Shown here piece by piece: positions 21,819 to 30,959 of a DNA stretch of 64,000 nt. The stretch is from Smithellaceae bacterium (GTDB taxonomy: Bacteria; Desulfobacterota; Syntrophia; Syntrophales; Smithellaceae), in the NCBI GenBank assembly GCA_963667845.2, contig CAXXVL010000002.1, positions 1,504,001 to 1,568,000 of the forward strand. The letters are read 5' to 3'. Position 1 is the first letter of the stretch; each line of letters opens with the position of its first letter. The notes beneath the pieces are model-generated. The model was not told the origin of the DNA, did no database searches, and was given only the letters and a program-made list of their open reading frames with translations. The position numbers and the translations under genes are program-made.

Positions 21819-22235
21819 TTATTTAAACACTACGACCGCTTTGCCTGGCGTTGTTTGCTTACCTGCCGCGTTTTCAGTCCAGACCGACACTTCCACCAGT
21901 TTTTCACCGGCATCTTGCCACTTCTTCTCGACAACCCCTTTAACGGTCATTTCCTGATCCGGGAAATCCATGCCCCGATACTGACAAGACACCTTTTTGA
22001 TGCGCCCCTGATGGCCCAGCCAGTTCGATACGATCTCTCCCAGAGAGGACCATTTAAACTTACCATGGACGATGATGGATCCGATCGCCTTGGATTGGAA
22101 AAAATTGTAATCATGATGCATCGGGTTAAAGTCACCGCCGCCTGCCGCATATTTTACCAATTGGGTGACCGTCGGCGTTTTTTTGATTTCCGGCAGCCTA
22201 TCCCCTTCTTTCACGCTATCCCACGTTAAAGCCAT
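21819..22235 (-). CDS. MaoC-family (R)-specific hydratase, catalytic subunit
   Basis: YAAGGGDFNPMHHD...IIVHG hot-dog hydratase motif. Confidence 0.88.
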   Translation of the reverse strand: MALTWDSVKEGDRLPEIKKTPTVTQLVKYAAGGGDFNPMHHDYNFFQSKAIGSIIVHGKFKWSSLGEIVSNWLGHQGRIKKVSCQYRGMDFPDQEMTVKGVVEKKWQDAGEKLVEVSVWTENAAGKQTTPGKAVVVFK

Positions 22236-22276
22236 TTTCGTCTCTCCTTAGCTGTGTGTTGAAATACCCTGTTTTG

Positions 22277-22402
22277 CAGGCTGTTCAAAAAGGTTTAGCT
22301 GCAAGGCATCGCGAGGATCGAGCAGCGGAGCGTACTTTTAGAGGTACGTGAGCAGCGAGAGCCGCAGCATAACGCCGCAGATGAGCCTTTTTCAACAGCC
22401 TG
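22277..22402. mobile_element. MITE-like element of 126 bp with terminal inverted repeats
   Basis: CAGGCTGTTCAAAAAGG ... CCTTTTTCAACAGCCTG (16/17 inverted match); abuts the stop codon of the upstream gene. Confidence 0.75.
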
Positions 22403-22906
22403 TTAATATAGTATCGCCTGGCCACGTGAAACCATGACCACTTTACTGCGCTGATCTTTATATTCCATTTCAAAGCTCAGAATCAGCATCTGACCGAGTG
22501 CCTTGCTCTCACGTACATCGAGCCCAACCAGACGATTGACGGCCGTCAAGGTGTCGCCGGCGCATATCGTGTCGAAATATTCGACTTCGGTGCCGCCGTC
22601 GAGAACATTGATCAGCCCGAATTGGAGAAAGTCTATCCCCGCGTTTTTCGGTCCGGAAAAAGTGTCATCGGATTTTCCAGGAATAAACACCGGGGTTCCC
22701 AGATAGCAAGGCGGCGCCGGCAAATTACGGTACCCTGCCGCCCTGGCGGCATCGATGTCATAGTAAACGGGATCGGTATACCCCACACCCCGGGCAAAAG
22801 CCCGGACGCTGGTGGTGGTCACCTCATAGGTCCAGGGCGGAGAGTTGACGCCGATTTGGGCCTTCCACTCCTCCTTGATCTCAATCTTTTGTGCCATTGG
22901 TATCAT
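22403..22906 (-). CDS. MaoC-like dehydratase partner subunit (MaoC_dehydrat_N/HadA-like)
   Basis: VRAFARGVG..DPVYYD..AARAAGY..LPAPP, LDGGTEVEY. Confidence 0.85.
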   Translation of the reverse strand: MIPMAQKIEIKEEWKAQIGVNSPPWTYEVTTTSVRAFARGVGYTDPVYYDIDAARAAGYRNLPAPPCYLGTPVFIPGKSDDTFSGPKNAGIDFLQFGLINVLDGGTEVEYFDTICAGDTLTAVNRLVGLDVRESKALGQMLILSFEMEYKDQRSKVVMVSRGQAILY

Positions 22907-23103
22907 CCTCCTTTTGACGGATCAGTTTTATGGGATCATTATATATTATTTGCCACCATCTTGGACATGAAATTTTCCACCATCATTTGCACGCCCACTT
23001 GATTTGGAAACGAACTGATCGGAGAAAAACGGCGCAGGAAATCGATTTCCTCATCATAGGGCACTGGAAACGAATGGATGTTGTCAGCCGACCTTAAGAT
23101 CCC

Positions 23104-23346
23104 ATGGAACGTTATGCCCGCAAAGCGAAGATCAAATTATCCTGTCATCATCTCCGGCACACAATGGCCACACAGATGTTGAATGCCGATGCTGATCTCT
23201 CCACCATCCAGGATCTTTTAGGACACAGCAGCGTTAAGACCACGCAACGTTATTGTCGTATATCAAATCTTAAAGTACAGCGGGATTACTTTAAAGCGAT
23301 GGAGGTGATTATGCAGCGAACGGTTTGCAGCCAACACAGTCCTTGA
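23104..23346 (+). pseudogene. C-terminal fragment of a tyrosine recombinase/integrase
   Basis: HHLRHTMAT (H-x-x-R), IQDLLGHSS, TTQRY catalytic Tyr; only 80 aa, N-terminal part absent. Confidence 0.85.
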
Positions 23347-23650
23347 CGAAAGAACAAAAATATGAAAACTCACGCAATGTGCAACTGATTAACATCAATA
23401 AGAAAAACAGAATTTAGTTCGTATAGCTTCCTGTACTAAATAAAAATGACACCGCTTTCGATTTGCAAACTTTCGATCGCTAATCGATGAATTATTTTTT
23501 GACGGGGAGATAGCATTTGGTATATTTATGAGGTAAGTATATTTCGAGACACTAAGCTAAGGTATTAAATCATCTTTGAATTAACAAGAGTTAACATAAA
23601 GAAGCGACTTTCCGTCGCTCTCGGCCGGGGAAAATATACAAGGAGCAAAT

Positions 23651-24685
23651 ATGATGACCCATTTAAGACTCTGGTATGAACGAAATATTCTCCTCATTGC
23701 GATAGGAGGATTTGCGGTTTTGGCCATGAGTTCGTGTTTCCTGGCATGTGACCGTACAGATAAAAAATCCGTTGTCCCCGCTGAAAAAATAACCATAGCT
23801 TACGCAACCCTGGTTGAGGCAGCGATTCCCCAGGTTGCGCAGTCACAGGGATACTACCGTGAAGAAGGATTAGAGATGACTCCACACTTACATTCTTATG
23901 GGAAACTTGCCCTTCAGGAAGTGCTGGATGGCAAGGCGGATTTTGCGACCGTCGCCGAAACGCCCATAATGTTCGCAATCCTGAACGGTGAGAAAATATC
24001 TATCATCGCAACCTTCCAGAGCTCCAAGAAAAATCATGCCATTGTTGCAAGAAAAGATAAGGGGATTCAAAGGCCTAAGGATCTGAAGGGCAAAAAGATT
24101 GCCACAACCGTGGGTATCACGGCTGATTATTTTATGGACGCTTTCTTTGCCACTCACGGGATAGCAAGGAAGGATGTGACGATTGTCAACCTGAAGCCGG
24201 AAGAATGTGAAAACGCCATCACGAATGGAAAGGTTGATGCCATATCCGCATTTTATCCTTTCTTAAGCCGGACGCAAAACAGGCTGGGGGGAAAAGGAAT
24301 TACGTTCTACAATGAAGATATCTACACATCGACTTTTAACCTGGTCACAACGCAGGAATTTATCCGTATAAATCCTGGCAAAGTCAGGAAGGTGCTTCGT
24401 GCTCTCATCAAAGCCGAGGAATTTGTTGCAGGAAATCAGACCGAGGCGCAAAAAATTGTAGCTGATTTCTGTGGGATTAGGCCAGACGTTGTGCAGCATA
24501 TCTGGGCCGATTCCAGATTTGCCGTGAGGCTTGACCAGTCACTAATCTTAGCCCTGGAAGATGAGTCACGCTGGGCGATCAATTACAAACTGACCCGCGC
24601 AAAGAAAGTACCAAATTATCTCGAATTTATTCACATTGATGCTCTGAAGTTAGTTAAACCTGATGCCGTAGCGATTTTAAGATAG
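23651..24685 (+). CDS. NrtA/SsuA/NMT1-family substrate-binding lipoprotein
   Basis: Lipobox-like FLAC, GYYREEGL, GKADFAT, DLKGKKIA, GKVDAI. Confidence 0.85.
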   Translation: MMTHLRLWYERNILLIAIGGFAVLAMSSCFLACDRTDKKSVVPAEKITIAYATLVEAAIPQVAQSQGYYREEGLEMTPHLHSYGKLALQEVLDGKADFATVAETPIMFAILNGEKISIIATFQSSKKNHAIVARKDKGIQRPKDLKGKKIATTVGITADYFMDAFFATHGIARKDVTIVNLKPEECENAITNGKVDAISAFYPFLSRTQNRLGGKGITFYNEDIYTSTFNLVTTQEFIRINPGKVRKVLRALIKAEEFVAGNQTEAQKIVADFCGIRPDVVQHIWADSRFAVRLDQSLILALEDESRWAINYKLTRAKKVPNYLEFIHIDALKLVKPDAVAILR

Positions 24686-24690
24686 GATAT

Positions 24691-26220
24691 ATGGGAACGA
24701 TGCAAATCAAAAAAAGGCTGCAAATCAATGTCGTCGTGTCGGTGTTAACGGTTCTGCTAATTGGTCTAGTGCTTTTTTTGTCTTTATATCGGATCAACAA
24801 GGCAAACAATCTGGCGAAAATCGCCGGCGACATCACTCTGATTTCATTTGAAAGGGTCACGCTTCGGACTGACTATCTGCGGACGGGCAATGAACGATCA
24901 AAAGAACAGCTTATTGCCAAGCAAGAACAGCTTTCCGGACTTTTAAAGATCGCAGCAGATAATTTCACACGCCCGAAAGATAAAAATATCATTGGTGAGT
25001 TGATTAAAAATCATGAAGTAAACGTAAAAATTGTACAGAATATCATGAAAAACCGGGATAGAAAAACGTCGGCTACCCATACTGACCTGCTCGAAATCGA
25101 GACGGAAGATCGGCTGGAAAGCCAGTTGAATATGAAGAACTATGAAACAGTCATCCATAGCCGCAAATTGCTGGAGTCGAGTAGGGAGGCCCGTAAATCA
25201 ACGATCAGAATAGCGGGTGCAGGAATCCTCGCCATGCTTCTACTGATCTGCGCAGTTATCGTCATCAATTCATGGACAATGGGCAGAGCCATAACAGATC
25301 GAGTCCAAAGGCTCCGTCAAGGCGCAGAGACAATCGGGGATGGAGACCTGGATCACAGGATCGATATCAAGGGCAATGATGAGTTTGCCCGTCTTTCAGC
25401 CGCTTTCGATACTATGGCTTCAAAACTTCAGGAAACTTACAATACTTTAAAAAGAGAGATCACCGAACGTAAGCTTGTGGAAGATCAATTACTGAAACAG
25501 TCAATGCAATTACAGGAGAATACTGCCCAGCTGAAAGCAGCCAACCGCGAGATGGAAAGCTTCAGCTATTCCGTTTCCCATGATCTCAGGGCGCCGCTTC
25601 GGGCCATCGACGGTTATTCGCAGATGATTCTCAAAAAGCAGGGAGACCGCTTAGATGAAGATACAAGGCGTCAATTTCAGGTCATCAGAGATAATGTGGA
25701 CAAGATGGGAAAACTTATCGATGATTTACTGACCTTTTCCCGTTTCGGAAGACAAGAAGTGGCCAAAACGGATCTCGAATTGGATGAGCTGATCCGGGAG
25801 GTTTGGGGCGAATTGGTCACGATCAATCCCGGCCGAGCTATGTCTCTAAAGATGGAACAAATGCCAGCAGCCTGCGGAGACAAGACACTGATCCGGCAGG
25901 TCTATAGCAATTTGCTGGGCAATGCGGTCAAGTTTACAAATACGCGGGAGTCCGCCATAATTGAGGCGGGAAGCTATATGGAAGACAATGAGCAGGTTTA
26001 TTTTGTGAGGGATAACGGTATCGGCTTCGATATGAAATTCTACAACAAGCTTTTCGGTGTTTTCCAGCGTCTGCACAGCGATGCCGAATATGAAGGGACG
26101 GGAATCGGCCTGGCCCTGGTCCATCGTATCATCACCCGCCATGGTGGCCGGGTTTGGGCGGGAGGAAAAGTGGACAAGGGGGCAACGTTCTTCTTCACGC
26201 TTCCGGCCTCGCAAGGATGA
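24691..26220 (+). CDS. Membrane sensor histidine kinase with HAMP domain
   Basis: Two TM helices, HAMP (GDLDHRIDIKGNDEF), SYSVSHDLRAPLR, DNGIGF, GTGIGL. Confidence 0.93.
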   Translation: MGTMQIKKRLQINVVVSVLTVLLIGLVLFLSLYRINKANNLAKIAGDITLISFERVTLRTDYLRTGNERSKEQLIAKQEQLSGLLKIAADNFTRPKDKNIIGELIKNHEVNVKIVQNIMKNRDRKTSATHTDLLEIETEDRLESQLNMKNYETVIHSRKLLESSREARKSTIRIAGAGILAMLLLICAVIVINSWTMGRAITDRVQRLRQGAETIGDGDLDHRIDIKGNDEFARLSAAFDTMASKLQETYNTLKREITERKLVEDQLLKQSMQLQENTAQLKAANREMESFSYSVSHDLRAPLRAIDGYSQMILKKQGDRLDEDTRRQFQVIRDNVDKMGKLIDDLLTFSRFGRQEVAKTDLELDELIREVWGELVTINPGRAMSLKMEQMPAACGDKTLIRQVYSNLLGNAVKFTNTRESAIIEAGSYMEDNEQVYFVRDNGIGFDMKFYNKLFGVFQRLHSDAEYEGTGIGLALVHRIITRHGGRVWAGGKVDKGATFFFTLPASQG

Positions 26221-26321
26221 TGCTTTCAAACAGTATTCATCGATTCTCCGCTAGGTAGCTGCGTGCGGATAAAGTAGGTGAAGCAAATATTGATCTTCCC
26301 CCAGAAAAACGGACACCTCGG

Positions 26322-27190
26322 TTAAGGGAAAACCCCGGCATTTTCAAAGGCCCAGGGACTTCTGTTCTGTAACGCAGAATGCCTGCGTTTGCGATTATAA
26401 AAGAGCTCGATGTAATCAAACAGGCTGGCTCGGGCTTCCGATCGGGTCTTGTAATCCTCAAAGCCTACCCACTCGGTTTTCAGAGAATGAAAGAAACTCT
26501 CCATCGGTGCATTATCCCAACAATTACCTTTCCGGCTCATACTGCAGATGACACCCAGGCTGCTTAACAGCTGCTGATAAGATGTCGACGCATACTGCAC
26601 ACCTTGATCGGAATGCAAAAGCACACCCTTAATGTTTTTCCGATGAGCCGCCGCCATCTTTAAGGCATCTTCAATCAACTCGGTACTGTTTTTCTCACCC
26701 ATTGACCAGCCAACAACCATTCGGGAATAAAGGTCTATGATCGCCGATAAATATAACCAGCCTTTCCGGGTCGGTATAAATGTCACATCAGATACCCACT
26801 TCCGATTGGCTGTGTCTGATGTAAATTCTCCGCCTAGTAAGTTCTCAGCGGGTTTTCTGGTTCCTCTTGAATCGGTCGTTACCACAAAACGTTTGTGTAC
26901 TTTTGATTGAATCTTCGCTTTCCGCATCAAACTGGCCACGGTGTTTCGACCAACTTGTTCCCCTTGATCAATCAAATCGCCATGAATGCGCGGCGCGCTA
27001 TATATCTTCCTGCTGGCAAGATGCGCCTGCCGTATCTTAACCGTTAAATCCTGGTGCCGTTTTGCTCTGGCGCTCTCCGGGGCGATCCGTCCAATCATAA
27101 TATCCGCTTCTGGATACTTCTAATACTCTACACATCACCGCTGCTCTATATTGCGTTCTCTGCGACCGGATAAACCGATACTTCACTTCA
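26322..27190 (-). pseudogene. IS3 transposase OrfB with a frameshift near 27080
   Basis: DDE residues WVSDVT, HSDQG, NAPMESFF; the N-terminal part (KYRFI...CRVLEVSRSGYYDW) is in a different frame from ESARAKRH. Confidence 0.85.
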
Positions 27191-27487
27191 TTTCCCGCGC
27201 AAAGAACGCTGCGGCTTTTTTTAAGATTTCATTCTCTTCCTTAACTCGTTCCAACTCGCGTTTCAATTTGCTGATCTCTTCCGCTTCTGTTCCGCTTGAA
27301 GCTCGTCGCCCATGTCCGGGAAACGCACCGCCACCATGTAGATCCTCTTTTCTTTCCATTTATAAAGCTGGTTTCTCCTTAGCCCAAGCTCCCGGGCTAG
27401 TTCCGCAGGTGGCTTCTTTCCTTCTTCCATTAACCTCACTGCTTCCAGCTTAAATTCCCGGCTAAATGACTGCCTCTGCTTTCTCAT
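27184..27487 (-). pseudogene. IS3 OrfA with a frameshift near 27345
   Basis: FSREFKLEAV...ARELG...LYKW, then the typical tail AFPGHG...LKRELERVKEENEILKKAAAFFA continues in another frame. Confidence 0.85.
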
Positions 27488-27635
27488 CGGACACTCCTTT
27501 CTTCTTTATTGTATACGACTCTGTATACTTTTTGAAGTGTCCGTTAAACTGGGGTAGGTTCACGTTATTCGAAAATAGAAGTGCGGAGACTGAGGAATCT
27601 TTAAAAGATAGGATAAAGATGTTTTTGACATGTGA

Positions 27636-27680
27636 GTAGCTCCAAAATGTGTATCACTGTGTGTACAACTTTGGAGCTAC
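27636..27680. repeat. Inverted repeat enclosing direct TGTGTA repeats, next to the tRNA 3' end
   Basis: GTAGCTCCAAA-ATGTGTATCACTGTGTGTACAAC-TTTGGAGCTAC. Confidence 0.7.
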
Positions 27681-27720
27681 CCTTGTGTTTTCGTGAAAAG
27701 ATATAATGATTCCGAACGGA

Positions 27721-27796
27721 TGGTGGAGATGAGGGGGATCGAACCCCTGGCCTCGGCGTTGCGAACGCCGCGCTCTCCCAGCTGAGCCACATCCCC
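27721..27796 (-). tRNA. tRNA-Ala (anticodon CGC)
   Basis: GGGGATGTGGCTCAGCTGGGAGAGCGCGGCGTTCGCAACGCCGAGGCCAGGGGTTCGATCCCCCTCATCTCCACCA; 76 nt, G3:U70 identity pair, encoded CCA. Confidence 0.97.
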
Positions 27797-27898
27797 AACC
27801 GTTCAAAAAAACGTTGCGAGCATATAGTTAGTTTGCCCCAGTGTCAAGAACTACTTGGCAAACCGGCGATGCTGTGCAGGCGTCAACCCAAACTTGTC

Positions 27899-27928
27899 TT
27901 GACAAATCCAATCCATTTTCCCTATACT
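27899..27928 (+). promoter_or_regulatory. Candidate sigma70 promoter for pilT
   Basis: TTGACA-N18-TATACT. Confidence 0.55.
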
Positions 27929-28032
27929 TTAAAACATGCAAAAATCATCGACATTCTGACGCGCAGCCGCGATTTAATAATCTGGATGAGGCGACCGATA
28001 CATAAACAAACTTAAATTCACGGGAGAAATTC

Positions 28033-29115
28033 ATGGCAAAAATAGACGCTTTTTTTCAGTTGATGCACGATCAAAAAGCATCCGACCTTCACCTGGTATC
28101 GGGCCAGCAACCGGCTATTCGTATTCGCGGTGAGATTGAACGGGTTAAATATGATATTCTGAACAATGATGCACTGAAGCTTCTGCTCTATGAAATCACG
28201 CCGGAGCATAAGATTAAGAATTTTGAAGAAACGGGCGATGTGGATTTTGCCTACGAGATTCCGGGGCTTGCGCGCTACCGCGCCAACTTTTTTCAACAAA
28301 AATACGGGATCGCGGCCGTGTTTCGGGAGATTCCCAGCAAGATTGCCACGTGCGCGGAGTTAGGGATGCCGTCTGTCGTGTCCAAGCTGGCGATGCTGCC
28401 GAGGGGCCTTGTACTGGTAACGGGGCCTACCGGAAGCGGTAAATCCACGACGCTAGCCGCAATTATCGATGAGGCGAACCGCCTGCGCAAAGACCATATC
28501 ATCACGATTGAAGATCCGATCGAATTTGTCCACAAGAGCCAGAGTTGCATCGTCAATCATCGCGAAGTCGGGATTCACACGAAAACCTTTTCCAACGCAC
28601 TGCGCGGCGCATTACGTGAAGACCCGGACATCATTATGGTGGGCGAAATGCGTGACCTGGAAACGACGGCGCTTGCGGTCGAAGCGGCTTCTACCGGCCA
28701 CTTGGTGTTCGCCACCATTCATACGACCAGTGCGGTTAAAACCGTCGATCGCATTGTCGAGATATTTCCGGAATCGGAGCAGTTGCAAATCCGTTCAACG
28801 TTGGCCGACGGACTTAGGGCTGTCATCTCCCAGGTTATCTTCAAAAGAGTGGATATCAAGGCACGCTGTGTCGCCCTCGAAATTCTCATCGCTACACCGG
28901 CTGTTCGCAACCTGATCCGGGAACAAAAAACGTATCAGATTCCGTCCATGATTCAGACAGGTAGAAAATACGGCATGCAGCTTTTGGATGATGGTATTAT
29001 GGATCTCTACAACCGGGGCTGGATCAGCGGAGAAGACGCATATATAAAGGCGAATGATAAGGGCAGATTCCGTTCGCTTTTGAAACATCCACCGACAGAT
29101 TTTACCGAAGCCTAG
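28033..29115 (+). CDS. pilT: Type IV pilus retraction ATPase PilT
   Basis: GPTGSGKSTT, TIEDPIE, LREDPD, AVRNLIRE (AIRNLIRE motif). Confidence 0.93.
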   Translation: MAKIDAFFQLMHDQKASDLHLVSGQQPAIRIRGEIERVKYDILNNDALKLLLYEITPEHKIKNFEETGDVDFAYEIPGLARYRANFFQQKYGIAAVFREIPSKIATCAELGMPSVVSKLAMLPRGLVLVTGPTGSGKSTTLAAIIDEANRLRKDHIITIEDPIEFVHKSQSCIVNHREVGIHTKTFSNALRGALREDPDIIMVGEMRDLETTALAVEAASTGHLVFATIHTTSAVKTVDRIVEIFPESEQLQIRSTLADGLRAVISQVIFKRVDIKARCVALEILIATPAVRNLIREQKTYQIPSMIQTGRKYGMQLLDDGIMDLYNRGWISGEDAYIKANDKGRFRSLLKHPPTDFTEA

Positions 29116-29127
29116 AGAGGATTTCTT

Positions 29128-30312
29128 ATGAGAAAACCGGAAATCGATCACATCCTGATCAAAATGCTGGAATCCAATGCCAACATTTCCGACGTGATCC
29201 TGACCGTCGATAAGCCGTTTCAAGTGGAGGCCGCCGGTATCCTGTTGCCGGTCGATTTCGAACCGCACTTCGAAAAGCTGACGCCGTTTCAGACGGAGGT
29301 ATTTGCTCTGAATCTGATTAATCAGGACCGCCGGCTGATGGATGCTCTCATTAACGAAGGATCTTGCGACTTATCTTACGAATTGCCCGGCATCGCCCGT
29401 TTCCGCGTGAATATTTTTTCGCAGCGTGGTCAATATTCTCTTGTTTTGAGAAAGCTCGAAACGCAGATCCCGTCGTTCGCCGAATTAGGTCTTCCGGAAG
29501 CCTACCGCCGTGTGGCTGTGGAGAAAAACGGCATTATTCTGGTCACGGGCGCAACCGGTTCCGGTAAGACAACGTCGCTTGCCGCTGTGATTAACGACAT
29601 TAACGAGAAAAGTCCGATACATATCATTACACTGGAAGATCCTATCGAATATACGCACACGCAGAAAAAGGCGACCGTCAATCAGCGGGAACTGGGCAAA
29701 GACTTCGATTCGTTTGCCAGCGGACTGCGCGCAGCCCTGCGTCAGGCGCCTAAAGTGATTCTCGTTGGCGAAATGCGCGATCGGGAATCTATTGAAATAG
29801 CGCTGAACGCCGCAGAAACGGGCCATCTTGTTTTGAGCACCCTGCATACGACCGACGCCGGTCAGACCATTAACCGAATTTTGGGCATGTTTGCGATTGA
29901 TGAGGAAAATCAGATTCGAACGAGGCTTGCCGATTCGCTGCGCTGGATTATTTGTCAGCGGCTGCTGCCCAAGGTCGGCGGCGCTCGGGTTGCCGCCTTC
30001 GAAGCTCTCGGGACGTCTATGAGAGTCAAGGACCTGATTCTTCACGGTGAAAAGGATGGCAATAGTTTTGAAGATATTATTCAGCAGGGCAGGGCCTTCG
30101 GCATGGTCACATTTGATAACTGCATCATCGAGCTCTATGAGAAAGGGCTCATTACCGAAGATACGGCAAAGGCTTATGCGTCTAATCGTTCGAATGTGGG
30201 ACGCGGTATCGATGCCATTAAAAATGCCCGCGGCGAAAAAACAACTGATCTGGGCAAACTTGAGGTCGATCGATCTTACGGAAATAAAGGTGGAGAAAAT
30301 GTCTGGAGTTAG
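29128..30312 (+). CDS. pilU: PilT/PilU-family ATPase
   Basis: GATGSGKTT, TLEDPIE, LRQAPKVILVGEMRD, ETGHLVLSTLH; follows pilT. Confidence 0.8.
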   Translation: MRKPEIDHILIKMLESNANISDVILTVDKPFQVEAAGILLPVDFEPHFEKLTPFQTEVFALNLINQDRRLMDALINEGSCDLSYELPGIARFRVNIFSQRGQYSLVLRKLETQIPSFAELGLPEAYRRVAVEKNGIILVTGATGSGKTTSLAAVINDINEKSPIHIITLEDPIEYTHTQKKATVNQRELGKDFDSFASGLRAALRQAPKVILVGEMRDRESIEIALNAAETGHLVLSTLHTTDAGQTINRILGMFAIDEENQIRTRLADSLRWIICQRLLPKVGGARVAAFEALGTSMRVKDLILHGEKDGNSFEDIIQQGRAFGMVTFDNCIIELYEKGLITEDTAKAYASNRSNVGRGIDAIKNARGEKTTDLGKLEVDRSYGNKGGENVWS

Positions 30313-30353
30313 AGGCAAAGTCCTTTTCCCGACGGATAAGTAAGGAGATATCA

Positions 30354-30860
30354 ATGGCAGAAGAGAAACCCAGGCCGGGTGCTAAAACGGCGTCAGAAGG
30401 AATGGACTATTCAGGCAGACCTTTCGGGCATATCATGCCGGATGCGGACACAGCAATGATCTGCGAACAGGATCCCATCATTCGGGATAAGATCGTATCG
30501 GAACTCAAGAAAATGGGGTTTCTGACGGCTCAGCCGGCTTCGTACAAAGAAGCCCTGAAGCACATGCGTTTTCATCTTTTCAATGTTATTTTCGTCGATG
30601 AGGATTTTGATACGGGCGTCTGGGATACCAATAACGTCTTACGCTACCTGGAAAACCTGAATATGGCCGTCCGCAGAAAAATTTTTGTCGCCCTGGTCAG
30701 CTCCACTCTGACGACGATGGACAACCTGGAAAGTTATAACAAGAGTGTTAATCTTTTGATCAACAAGCGTGATGTCGGCTCGGTAGAAAAAATATTGCGC
30801 CAGGCGATGGCGGAACACGAAGATTTCTATCACATTTTTAAGGAAAAGATTCAAAAGTAA
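30354..30860 (+). CDS. Receiver-fold-like hypothetical protein in the pilT-pilU operon
   Basis: AAGGAG RBS; alpha/beta pattern resembling a receiver (MICEQD, NVIFVDEDFD, FVALVS). Confidence 0.65.
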   Translation: MAEEKPRPGAKTASEGMDYSGRPFGHIMPDADTAMICEQDPIIRDKIVSELKKMGFLTAQPASYKEALKHMRFHLFNVIFVDEDFDTGVWDTNNVLRYLENLNMAVRRKIFVALVSSTLTTMDNLESYNKSVNLLINKRDVGSVEKILRQAMAEHEDFYHIFKEKIQK

Positions 30861-30959
30861 CGTCGCAACAAATGGGTAAGAGACGGTTTGCCGGTGTGCG
30901 ACCAGGGTGATGTCCAAGATGGCGCAAGGTCATACGTGCAAATATCAACTCTTATTGGC

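Larger units (their letters stand above)
26291..27562 (-). mobile_element. IS3-family insertion sequence, 1272 bp, apparently inactivated
   Basis: Terminal inverted repeats TGATCTTCCCCCAGAAAAACGGACAC and TGAACCTACCCCAGTTTAACGGACAC (TG...CA ends); orfA/orfB layout with an A7G slippery site. Confidence 0.93.
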
